The position numbers and the translations under genes were made by a program. Below are positions 12,660 through 23,690 of a stretch of DNA of 64,000 nt, piece by piece. Origin of the DNA: Camelus dromedarius. Lineage: Eukaryota. The notes below the pieces were generated by a model that worked only from the letters and a program-made list of their open reading frames with translations, was not told the origin of the DNA and did no database searches. Every line of letters begins with the position of its first letter. The first letter of the stretch is position 1. Where the stretch lies: contig NC_087437.1 of NCBI RefSeq assembly GCF_036321535.1, forward strand, positions 120,158,001 to 120,222,000. The letters run 5' to 3'.

Positions 12660-12885
12660 CTGAGTAGGGGCAGTGGTAGGAGAATGCATTTTGGGGCAGA
12701 GGCCTGCGTTCCTGTCTGCCCCTGTCTCATTGCTAGCTATGGGACTTTGGCAGATTGTCGAATCTCTCTAAGTCTCGATTACCTTTCCTGTAAAATGGGA
12801 CTCATAAAATGTTTAAAGATTAGAAGAAGATGTAAAACATTTAGCATACTTACTACTCAGCCCAGAAGAAGGTCTCAATGAATTG
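12660..12885 (+). mobile_element. MIR SINE
   Basis: CTAGCTATGGGACTTTGGCAG, CTCTCTAAGTCTC, CTGTAAAATGGG, TGTAAAACATTTAGCA, CTCAATGAAT. Confidence 0.75.
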
Positions 12886-13187
12886 CAACAACACCGTCAT
12901 CACCATCACCACCATCATCACCATCACCACCAACATCACCACCGTCATCATCACCACCACCATCGCCATCATCACCACCACCATCATCACCACCATCACC
13001 ACCACTATCGCCACCATCGCCACCATCGCCACCATCACCACTACCACCATCACCACCAACATCACCATCATCACCACCACTGCCACCATCATCACTACCG
13101 TCATCATCACCACCACCTCAGCACCATCACCACTACCACCATCAGCACCATCACCACCATCATCTCCGCCATCATCACCATTATCAT
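12886..13187 (+). repeat. Imperfect (CAC/CAT)n trinucleotide tract, ~300 bp
   Basis: Continuous CAC/CAT/CAA triplets read directly; source of the poly-His and poly-Thr/Ile ORFs. Confidence 0.95.
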
Positions 13188-13328
13188 GGTGTACATCATC
13201 ATGGTGTGTATCATCATGGTGTGTATAGATGTATGTGTGTGTATTTCTGTGTATCTGTGTGTTTGTGGTGTGTGTGTTTGTTTGGTGTGTATCTATGTGT
13301 GGTATGTGTGTATCTGTGTGTGTGTGTC
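13188..13328 (+). repeat. Degenerate (TG)n-rich tract
   Basis: GTGTGTAT/GTGTGTTT runs. Confidence 0.9.
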
Positions 13329-13779
13329 TTGGGGTGAGTGTCAGGAAGCCACAGAGCAAGGAGGAAGGGGTTACAATGAAGGCAGGGCAGTGGGTGGGGA
13401 GGCTGACCGAGGGGCGTAGCTAGGATGGGGTCATGGCTCCAGCAGGAAGAAGGCTGACCCAGAGGCCTGTGGGCAGGGCCAGGGTGGGGCTGGCTGCTTT
13501 GCCGTGTCCTGGAGGAATTCTGACCTGAAGACACAGGGCTGGTCAGGCCAGGCAGGGCAGGCACCCAGGAGGTGGAAGAGGCAGTGGGTGACATCTTCTG
13601 TAGGCGGGTGGGTAGTGGGGGGCTTTGTGCTCCATGAAGGTCCCTCTCCCTCCAGCAGCTGCCCCTCCCCGTGGCCCGAGTGCCCACATGGCCTGAAGCT
13701 GTGCTTGCGAATTGCCTGCCTCAGCTGGGCCCTGGGGCGCCCTCACAATGAGGTTAGGACTAGCTGTGTACCTAGGGTG

Positions 13780-13975
13780 GTGTGGGTGCGTGAGTGTGTG
13801 TGACAACGGAATTGTGTGTGACCTTGTGTGTGTCCACTAACATGTGAGCATGTCCATGAGCGTGTGAGTGTGCATTAGCGTGTAAGTATGTGTGAGTGTG
13901 TGCATGTGTGCACATTGTCCACAAGCACATGACCGTGTATGTGAGTGTGAGTGTGTGTGTGTGTGTGTCCGTGCA
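13780..13975 (+). repeat. Degenerate (TG)n low-complexity tract
   Basis: TGTGAGTGTG/TGTGCATG runs ending in pure (TG)n. Confidence 0.85.
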
Positions 13976-14849
13976 TCCGTGAATGGACTTCAGAATAGGA
14001 AGAGGGTACCAGTCCTGAACCCAGGCACCTGGTCTTTGCAGGGAAATCACCATGTTTGTGGGCCCTCGGGCGGCAAATATCCAGTATTAGCTAAATATCC
14101 AAATTCCTGGAGCCACCTGGGAAGGTTTTTGGGGGCCACCCACAGTGTCTCCTCCCTTACAGGACGCAGCCAGGGGTTGACCTCACACCTCAGAGGGGCA
14201 GCTGGTTCCCTCTGGGCTGGTTTCCCGTCTCTGCGTCAGCCTGGGAGGTCTGGCTTTGTCCTCCCACAGGCCACTTTAACATGCACACGTGTGGTCTCCC
14301 TCCAGGGCACCTTAGTGGGAAGGCAGTGTCAGGGGCTGTCAGTCCTGGCCTGTGGAGGTGGATGCCAGGGCGCTGTGATGGGAGGGGCACCGAGGACGGG
14401 TTCTGTGGGGCTGATTTTGACTGCTGGGGTGCCTGCGGGCTGGACAACACTGGTGAAGGTTAAGTGCAGGGCAGCAGTCAGTAGGGGCGTGGCCATCCCG
14501 CCAGTCAATCTGCCGGTAGAGCAGTGGCCCCGGTGCCCCCGGGGCGTCTCAGCACGTGTGTGCCATGACTTCCCGGCCAGCAGTGGAGCAGCATCCTGGC
14601 ACATGGAGGCAGAGGGCGGCCCCTGTACACTTGCAGTTCCTCAGGGGTCCTGGGTGCCCAGTGTCTGTCAGCGGATGAGATGGTGGAAACAGCCGCGGCA
14701 CGCACGTCCCTGTGTGGGTGGCTTTGCTGCAGGATCAATGCCAAGCACAGACAGGCAGAGGCCCTTTAAGGGAATTCCTGCTCCCCACTGCGGGACCTGG
14801 CTGAGGGCTCAGGCCACCTGCTGGAGTTGCACCTGCTCTAAGTTGTGAT

Positions 14850-15060
14850 CAGGCTAAATGAGATGGAAAAACATGCAAATACAGTTGGAGCTTTTTGGCA
14901 AATTAGCATGCGAACGGGCGGAGGTGAGGCTCGCTCAGGAAGGGAGCGCTCGCCCTGTTGGACTCATTATTGAGGCAGGCAAATTAAGACAGCAGGCTCT
15001 CCCCACGTGCGTTTTAGAGGGGGAATTATTTCAGCTACATTTGCTAGTTTTCCGAGGTTG
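14850..15060. promoter_or_regulatory. Candidate enhancer with POU octamer and homeodomain sites
   Basis: Unique, AT-richer patch; ATGCAAAT at 14873-14880, ATTAGCAT at 14902-14909, further AAATTA/CATTAT cores. Confidence 0.4.
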
Positions 15061-15643
15061 CCTAAAAAGGCCAAGAAAACACTACCCTCCTGGATTCCCC
15101 CTTGTCGAGTGGGTAAAAGTTGGAGGGTTTTCATACGCACACCCTGGAGGCTTGCCGTGGTCAGTCTTACCGGTCACAGGGTGTAGAACCGCAGCATGTT
15201 TTACTGGGTGGGTTATTCCGGCTGCGCTCACGAAGATGGAGCAGTCAGCCCTGAATCCGTGGTCCCCCGTGTGCGGGAAGCAATGGTCATGCTCCATTTG
15301 GTGCTGCGACGGCTTAGAGAGCCCAGTTGCACAAAGATGGTGTTTAGATGTCAGCTGTCTGAGGGAGAGCACACAGGTGGGGACACGCCAGCAAAGGGGA
15401 TCAGTGGTAACGTGACCCTGGGAGCTCACGCGGACTCGGCCACGTGTGGTTGGCATCCAACTCCTCAGCTGGGTACCATGACCTGGCGTCAGGTCAAGGC
15501 CAAAGGCAGGTCTGGGTGCCCAGTGGGGACAACGAACATGCATTGTCATCTGGGGTGCAGTGAGGAGCCACTCCACTTTATGCCCGCTCTCTGTGACCCC
15601 ATCCTTCCTCTGGATGCCCTAGGGACTCCATCCCATCACCCTC

Positions 15644-16153
15644 TTTTTTTTATTGGAGTAGAGTCAGTTACAGTGTGTCGGTTTCTGGTGTACAGCATCA
15701 TGTCCCAGTCATGTGTGTGTGTGTGTGTATATGCATTCATTTTCATATTCTTTTTCATTAAAGGTTATTACAAGATATTGAATATAGTTCCCTGGGCTGT
15801 ACAGAAGAAATTTGTTTTTCATCTATCTTTATATATGGCAGTTAATATTTGGAAATCTCAACCTCCCAAATTTATCCCTTCCCACCCCCTTTCCCCCTGT
15901 AACCATAAGACTGTTTACTGTGTCTGTGAGTCCGTTTCTGTTTTGCAGATGAGAAGTTGTGGTATGTTCATACAATGGAATAGTGCTCAGCAATGAAAAA
16001 AAGAATAAAATAATACCTTTGGCAGCAACATGGATGGACCTGGAGATCGTCATTCTGAGTGAAGTAAGTCAGAAAGAGAAAGAAAAATACCACATGAGAT
16101 CACTCATGTGTGAAATCAAAAAAAAAGGAAAAGAAAAAAGAGGACATGAATGA
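15644..16153 (-). mobile_element. L1 3' end with 5' inversion (twin-priming structure)
   Basis: 15644-15953 is the L1 3' end on - (T tract at left); 15954-16153 is the immediately upstream L1 segment on + (GCAACATGGATGGACCTGGAGAT..AGTGAAGTAAGTCAGA). Confidence 0.88.
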
Positions 16154-19100
16154 GCCCTTTGGTTATTCATGCATTTTTGTAACTCCCCAGCGGATGGGAG
16201 AACTTCCTTTTATGCCTTCCTGTGATTTGCATTCCCTCCTCCCTCTTGCCCTCAAGAGCAGTGCCAGGGGTGGGGGTGAAGTCAGCTTGCCTTTGTGCAT
16301 CCAGGGAGGCCCCCCAGGTGAGGTGTCCGCTGCTCTCTCGGAGTGGCTGAGTGGCAGGAAGGTGTCCCGGGTGCCTGCCTGTTGGGGGAGACACGGGGCG
16401 GGAGGGCTGGCCCACCGTGGGCAGTGTCCAGAGATGGCATCACTATCCTTTGCCCTCCGACCTCAGAACTTGGCTAAGCTCTGCGGCTCACGCTTGCTTT
16501 CAGGCAAGCCGCACCCCCGAGCGCGCACACCTGTGGCTGGCGGGGCACCAGGGCAGGCGGTTTGGGAAGACGGAGCCGTCAGGTGGTGGGGCTTGCACCT
16601 GCCGCAAGCAGGCTGGGGCCGGGCGGGCACATTAGCCGTCTCGCTCGTGGGGGGTTGGACTGAACCCAAGAGACTTTCTCCCCCTTGGGATGGAATTTGG
16701 AGGTGGAAAAAAGCCACATAAAAATGAACGTATATAAAACCTTAAACTTTGGTATTATGAGATTCAGATTTAAAATATTAATAGGACATCGCTGATATGA
16801 AAAATTAACGTAGCTAATTAACAAGTATCCGTCGAACAGGCTCCGTCACTTTTCCGGTGTGCTAGCCTGCAGCAGGTGAGCAGAGGTTAAAACAAGAATA
16901 GTGACAAGACCAGCACGGCACGCAGACCTGCTGCGGTGTGGACTGTCTTTAAGCGCCTGGCGTCTTTAAGCCTTCCCCCGAGGTGACTGCTGTGGCTGGA
17001 GAGACCCACGGCGTCCTCCGCAGGGCTGAACTAGACAAACGGGAAACCCGGGGCCTCGAGGGGAGACTGGACTCAAGACACCTGGAATCGCTGGTGAGGA
17101 GAGGTGGGAACCGCCGCTTCTACGCTGTAGGAGCCTCTTCTGCACAGAGCAGACTCACATGTGCATTTGAGGATGACTGTCCGCTTGCTCTGGTCCCCGG
17201 TGGTTCTGCACGTGGAGCCAGGAGCCACATCTTATTCTTGGAAGATGTGGAACCTTTTCGCAGTGGAGTTTGGAGCTGTGTTTTAGCAGATCAGTGTCCC
17301 CGCAGGTAATGTCTTCTTCACATACGGTGCCTCTTTCTTCATTCGTCACTTCCTGGGAGACCTGCCGGTCCTTTCCGAGCACTGGGCGTTGAGGGGGAAC
17401 ATGAAAGACAGTCTTGCCTCCCCGTCTTCTTGCCGACTATGAACTCTGGGCAGAAGAGGAGCAGCGATTATCTGGCGGCTTTGGAAAGTGCCTTAGAGCA
17501 GGAGAAACCCCCGGAGGGTGCGAACTCGTAAAGGAGGGCTCCCCCCTCGGTCGGCTCCCCTCCCGAGGCCCCCAAGACCCCAGACTGGTTGCAGCTCGCG
17601 CAGAAGGTGACAGTTCTATCGGGCTGAGGGGTCCGAGGCTAGTGTTTGGGGTGGTCAGCATATCTGAATATTTAGGGAGAAATCTCAGAAAAGCCGCAGG
17701 GAGGAGATGTCCCTGCACCTGGCAACTGGCACCTGGCACCTGGCAGTGTCTCCCCGCAAACCCCCGGCCGGTCCCGAAGCGAGCACGTTGGAGCAGGTCT
17801 CCGGAGAGTCCAGGAGGGAGCGACGGCCGGACGGTGGAAAGAGCTGAGCACCTGGTGCTGGGAACACCCAGTTTGGAGTCATACCCACCAGGTTAAGGAA
17901 CGTGGCAAGCCCCTCAGGCTTTTCACCAGGACCCCTGATGTGGAATGAAGTCCTCCATGTGCTGAAATAAAACGACGGTGAATTATCCTGGGCTGTCAGA
18001 GCCCGGACATCGGGAGGGAGAGGCGCCCGCACTGGCGTGGCCGGCTGCCCGCCGGGCAGAGGGAGATGAAGGCCCTCAGGGTGGAAGGCAGGGGCAGCGG
18101 GCTCAGACTGAGACCCCGTGCTGAGGTTCCCTGCACGCACCCAAGCCTCCGGGTCCTGTTGTAAGTTCTAGACGCCACGCGGCCTCCCCAGCCCCTGGGG
18201 GCACCTGAGGGGCACTCCATCCCCGGGGAGGACTGGGTCATCAGCAGAGCCCTGAGCTGCAGGAGGAGGGGCAGTGCTCCCCTCACCCTCGGAAGGGCAC
18301 GTCCAGCCCAGAGGTGACTCGCAACCTCCTTCTTGGACCTCGTCATGCGGAGGGATGGGGGGCTGGCTGCAGCTGCCTGGCCTCCACTGTGAGGACAAAG
18401 TCAAGGCTGGGGCGTCTCAGAGAAGCAGAGCTTCCTCCGTCCCCCCAGGTCCCCGTCCTGTGTGAGCCGGTGGGCGGTGGGGCTGACTCTGTGTTCCTCG
18501 CAGCGGGATGCTCCCCACCTGGCACACGGTGTGGAGTGAGGTAGCTACTGCATCACTTGATAGCAGGTGCAGTTTGGTGCTTGTGACCTTGGGCCTGACC
18601 TTGGGTTTATGGAGGATGTCCCACCGTGAGGTCCAGTCACTGTGATGAAATAATGAAATTGGATGGGCCATGTGGCAGGTCACTTGCTTGGCCTTGGGGC
18701 CCTGTGCTGAACCCTGTGGTGCCGCTGCAGGGCTCAGGGGTGCTTGGCGTGGACGAGGCAGAGGGAAGGGGAAGGGGCCTGGCACACACTGGTCTAGGTG
18801 CGGTGGGTGTCACTGTCAGTGTCACTGTCCACACCTTGGGAAATGCACTCCCAGAGCCCAAGGCCACTGGGCCAGGGCAGAGCTGGGATTCAGCTCAGAG
18901 CTTGCAATTCTGCAGCCAGGAGCCAGCAGTTCCTTGGGGACTGGGACCCCGTCCTCTGCGACCTGACCTTACAAGTCAGCCGCGCCCACAGGTGAGTAGT
19001 GGGGCCCAGGTAACCGGTGCCGTGCAGATGTCCATGCGCCCAGAGAAGGCTTCCTTGTGGTTCTTCTTTGACTTCTTGTGTGTCCCTTCTCCCCCTGGGC

Positions 19101-19696
19101 CAGCCCTCCTGTTTCATTGACTGGTTTAGGCTTTGCATTGCCAGCCGCAGCTCCATGTCCCGCCCGTCCCAGACTCCCGCGGGGACGCCGTGGCCCGTCT
19201 CCGTGGGCCTCGCGCAGCGGGGCTCAGCAAGCCGCTGGGGCAGGGCTGCGCGACACAGCGTGGGGCTCACGGCCAGGCTCTCAGCCCTCTCGTGAGGTCG
19301 GGGCTGCCTGTACCTCCTCCCGGCTCCACGGTCCGTCTCGGCCTGCGCTCGTGCTCCTGCCTGGGGTCCTGGCGTGGGCGCAGCTTGGCTGTGTGGTCAG
19401 TGTATGACCCCTCCTCAGGGCAGCACAGCTGAGGCAGAGGTTTCTGGGGGGGCACACCCGGCCTGCCTCCCCTTCTGGTAACAGGGGTGACCTTGGACTC
19501 ACTGAGCACCCCAGAAGGGGCTGGGCTCAGCCCCGGGCGGGAGGCAGGAGGTGGGGCTTCTGCCTCTGCTCAGCCTGGACTCACTGGACTTTCCTCCTTG
19601 GACTTTCCTTGTCTGTGATGTAGGGACCAGGGTGGGCACAGAAGATCAGGGGCGCCTCTGAAATTGCGGTTGGAAAGGACTCATTTGCAGGAAAAT

Positions 19697-19890
19697 TGCA
19701 CACACTACACACATGTACACAATTTGTGTACACACACATGCACACAGCACACGATTTGTGTATACATGCACACAGCACATACATGTACACAATTTGTGCA
19801 CACACATGCACACAGCACACACATGCACACAATTTGTGCACACACATGCACACAGCACACACATGCACACAATTTGTGCACACACACACA
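19697..19890 (+). repeat. 40-bp minisatellite, ~4.5 copies
   Basis: Unit AATTTGTGCACACACATGCACACAGCACACACATGCACAC starting at 19791, 19831 and 19871 (partial), with degenerate copies at 19721 and ~19753. Confidence 0.92.
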
Positions 19891-20599
19891 GAGTCCATTC
19901 CAGGGGGCGCATGGGCTCAGAGAAGCCAATCTGTGGATTCCAGGTTGAAAACTATTCAGTACACCTTATTTTTCAAGCTGTGGTCACACGCTATTAGCTA
20001 TAAATTCATTTCATGGGTTGCCACCAGCATTCCTTTAGAAAGGAACAGAATAAAGTGGAAATGGCATTGTTTCATCACCCTTTGTTTCAGGGCTGCGCAC
20101 AGGCTCACACAGTCTCCAGTCATGCATTTCCCCCTCCTCGCCTCCCCTATCCCCACCTCCACCACCTGCAGAAATGTCAGCAAGAGGTCCCCCCACCCCT
20201 TTCTGCTAATGGCATCAATTAGCAAACTTGCTTCCATCCCGGTGAGCAGCTTGGCGGCTGGAGCCTTTGATCCGGGCAGAGCTTCCCCCTCGCCCAGCCA
20301 GCTCTGGGAGGACCTCGCATCTCCAAGAGGGCCCATGCCAACCTCCCTTGGCAAGCCCATGGCGTTTCTTCACTTTTGCCAAATATGTAGCGAAGTCCAG
20401 CTCAGTTTCTTGAGCTCTTCTGGAACTCAGGAAAGAAAAAAATAAGGATTGTTCATCTTGTCCCTGAACTTTCTGCACTCACTGTCTTCTGATATACTTG
20501 CCAATTTCTGTGCTAAAACCACAGTGCTGTAGTCAGTCTGCATCCACAGTATGTAGGTACAAGTTCTCCCCCAACACTGCTTTTTCCAAATGTTTCGTG

Positions 20600-20755
20600 A
20601 TTTAAAACAATTTTATATTTTTGTCATGAAATATCCAGTACATACAGAGGAGCATGTACAACACATGTGCAACTTTTAAAGACTGTGTAGCCTCTTCCCA
20701 GAATAAGAAATAGAACGTTCACCAGAATCTTCAAAGCTGTGTTTGTGCCCTCTGT
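20600..20755 (-). mobile_element. Old L1 (L1ME-like) 3' end fragment
   Basis: GAAATAT..TACATACAGAGGAGCA, AAGAAATAGAACGTTCACCAG. Confidence 0.6.
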
Positions 20756-20765
20756 GTTCACAGCT

Positions 20766-20935
20766 CATCCACCCACCCACATGCCCACCCATCCATCCAT
20801 CCACCCACCCATCCATTCATCCATCACATCTTTGAGCCTTTGCCACGTGCCAGGCATCGCTCTGTGCGTCTGGGATGAACAGGATGTGAAACCGTCGCCC
20901 TGTGGCTCTACATGGCCCTGGCAGGTGAAGGGCCT
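20766..20935 (-). mobile_element. L2 tail with (CCAT/CCAC)n expansion
   Basis: CATCCATCCATCCACCC.. followed by TTTGAGCC..GTGCCAGGCATCGCTCTG..CTGGGAT. Confidence 0.7.
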
Positions 20936-21069
20936 TTAGACAGTTGTGACTTGGCTGCCCTTCAGCATATCCGCCCTCGTCCCGCAACAAGGCATTGTGC
21001 GGTTCTGCCGGTTTGGGAACCTCAGGTCAGTAGGTCTCCCGTGTCTGACTTGATGGTCCTGCTCCCCGA

Positions 21070-21425
21070 CTGGCCTCATCTGTGGGGCTCGTCCCCATTG
21101 CTGCGTGTGGGTGTCGCTCCTCGTGTTCACGCTGGTGAAGTGTTCCAGTGTGTGACCCCAAATACCCGATCCGTCTCCCCACCCGTTGTGGATGGACATC
21201 AGGGTGGTGGACATTGTGGTGATGACGGAAGTGTTGCTGTGAGCCTGACCCTCTGCACTCAGATCCTGGGAACCGAATCGCCATGACGTGGGACACGCTG
21301 GCTCGACCGCATCAGGTAACAGCGGCTCCGATTCAGTCCCGCCCGCAGTGACCGAGGGCTGGGGGTGCGGCCCACGGGCGCGCATTCCCTGACGGTTAGT
21401 GAGGCCAAGCCTCTCTCCACAGGCT
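21070..21425 (-). mobile_element. Highly diverged, GC-shifted old L1 fragment
   Basis: GTGTTCCAGTGTGTGA, GTTGTGGATGGACATCAGGGTGG, GTGTTGCTGTGAGC and TTCCCTGACGGTTAGTGAGG occur in L1M order. Confidence 0.55.
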
Positions 21426-21449
21426 GCTGTCCCTCTGCTGTGGGTTTTG

Positions 21450-21692
21450 TCGGGTTTTTTTTGAAGCATAGTCGATTTACAACGTTGTGTTAGTTTCAGG
21501 TACGCAGTGAAGAGGTTCAGTTCTACGTATACACACGTATCTGTTGTTTTCAGATTCTTTTCCATCATAGGTTATTCCAAGGTATTGAATATAGTTCCCT
21601 GTGCTGTACAGTAGGGCCTTGTTTTTTTTTAAATCTATTTTATATAGTAGTTAGTACCTGGAAATCTCAGACTCCCAGTGCGTCCCTCCCCC
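21450..21692 (-). mobile_element. L1 3' end (cetartiodactyl type)
   Basis: TTTTTTGAAGCATAGTCGATTTACAA..GTTAGTTTCAGGT, TATTGAATATAGTTCCCTGTGCT. Confidence 0.9.
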
Positions 21693-23387
21693 ACCGGGAC
21701 CGATATTCAGTATCTTCTAATACGCAGCAGGGCCGTGTTCCATTGGTGCTTTTTGAAGTCTCTGCTCGTGTTTCTCATGTTTTCTCCTTTTTCTGTGACT
21801 TCCAGGCACTCTTTATACGGGCTGTTCTCAAGGGAGGCAGTTGTGCCCCCCCAAGGTGGCTCCTGCTGGTCAGGGCCCCTGTCCCGGCCCCCTTGGGTTC
21901 CCAGGTTGCAGCCTGTCTCATGAACGCCCAGGTGTGGCTGCCAGGCAGGTGGCTGGCTCCTGTAAGCCCTTCCCCGTGGGCATCCAAGCCACGGGGCTGG
22001 TCCTGAGTCCCCGCTGGTCGGGTTTCCTCCTCTTTGCGTCTTCTCTGGGCTGGGGTCTTCCCCTCGATTGCAGAGGGAGGGGCCTTGCCACGTGCAGGTG
22101 TCCTTCCTTCTTCCCAGACCAGCTCAGCCCACACAGGCCACCTGTCTCTGTCCCTCCGTCCCTCGGGGCAGCGAGGTCCTGCCCAGGGGTCCCTGCTGGA
22201 GCACTGGCACTCCGCCCCAACAAAGAGGTCTGCCCACCATAAACCCCCCACCAGAGGAGGGCTGGCGGCGTCCCAGGCTGGCTGGCACCTGTGGATTACC
22301 TGCGGATTGGAGACTGTGTTGCCAGCACCACCTCTGGAGGAGTTTCTGAATGCTGAACTCACCAACACAGGTAGTCCCTGCAAACCACGATGTCGACACC
22401 CCTCCACTCTTGCTACTGCCCAGACCCCGTGGGGTTCACGAGGCTTCGATTCAGAGATGCTGAGGGGTGGGGGAGGGCGGCGGTCCATCAGACCATGTTT
22501 GGAATGAGATGTGGGAGCTCGGGGAGCTCAGGGCAACCCGTCACACACCTGCGGGTAAGCGGGGGAGTTTTTCTTTGAAACATGCATCTTCTGATGTCAT
22601 CTTGCTTAACAGACAAAGGTCAGTGAGGAATGAGGGAGGGGCTATGGCAGGAACATGGATGTCAAGCCCATCCAAGGTCCTGGTGTCTAAGGGGAGGGGC
22701 AGCGGGAGGAGCGGGATGGGCAGGTGGGGGCAGGCGGTGGCTGGCGCAGGGGACACCCTGTGCTGGTGGGGGGGGAGGCTTCCGGCGCCCCAAGAGGAGG
22801 ATATGCCGTGCCTCCCTCAGGCGTGGGGGGGGGGCAGGGCTTCCGGTGCCGAGGGAGGGTGACTCATCTGTTTCAGGGACCGCCCGCGACCCCCTTCTTC
22901 CCAGGACCCGTCCTGCGGCTGCCAGCCGGGAAGCGCACGCGCAGTGAACTGTGTGCTTGTGCGCCGGGAGGGCGCCTCGAGTGTTGTGTTTCACACCTCT
23001 GAGTCATTAGTGGTGAACTTCCTCCTGACAGCAATGAGTTCTGTGCTAACGCACCAAGCGCTAATTTGTGTCCTGTGTAAAGCCGCCACCCGCTTCCCTT
23101 GTGTGCAAATGAGTAAACGCAGACGGCAGGGCTGAGCACTCATCCTTTGTTTATGGGGTGACTCTTGCCTCGGGCTGCTTTCCGGGGTCTGCCTCCATCA
23201 GTCATCAGAGGAGGGGGCGTCAGGGGTGGGGGGAGCCCTGACGTCTCTCCTCCCTCCTACCTGGTGTGACGGGGAGCCCCTTCCTCTGCCAGGGCCACCT
23301 CTTGGCTGCGGGGCTCCTCCGTTGTGGGGAGGCTGCAGGGTCCTGAGCCACCGCCAGCTGGGACCCTCCCTCCTGCCCTTCCCCCGC

Positions 23388-23690
23388 TGTCTCAGTCACC
23401 ATGGCTTTCTTAACAAGAAACCACGGCAGACGCTGATTGCTCACCATTCTGGGGGCTGGACGTCCAAGATCATGGTGCCGGCTGCCCCGGGGTCTGGATG
23501 GGGCTGGCTGCAGTTCCTCCAGCTGGCTGTGTCCTCACGTGGCTGAGACAGAGCTGGTCTCTGCCGTCTCAAAAGGCCTGGGCCTGTCCCATCAGAGCCC
23601 ATCTCCTGCCATCAGCCCCGGCACACAGTGACCCTGTGGGGTGGGGCTTCAGCATGAGGACTTCGGGGCACCCCTCTCAGCCCACAGCGC
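23388..23690 (-). mobile_element. MLT1A-like LTR
   Basis: ATTGCTCACCATTCTGGGGGCTGGACGTCCAAGATCA, GTGTCCTCACGTGGC, GGCTTCAGCATGAGGA. Confidence 0.8.

Noticed and set aside
12853..13419. Poly-His, poly-Thr/Ile and poly-Val/Met ORFs
   Set aside because: They are translations of the (CAC/CAT)n microsatellite, with no splice or promoter context.
13892..14848. Longest ORF (318 aa)
   Set aside because: It starts in a TG repeat, has a Gly/Ala/Pro/Arg/Cys composition typical of GC-rich non-coding frames, and shows no recognisable domain.
19697..19890. CRISPR-like array
   Set aside because: Head-to-tail tandem units without unique spacers, in a mammalian context.
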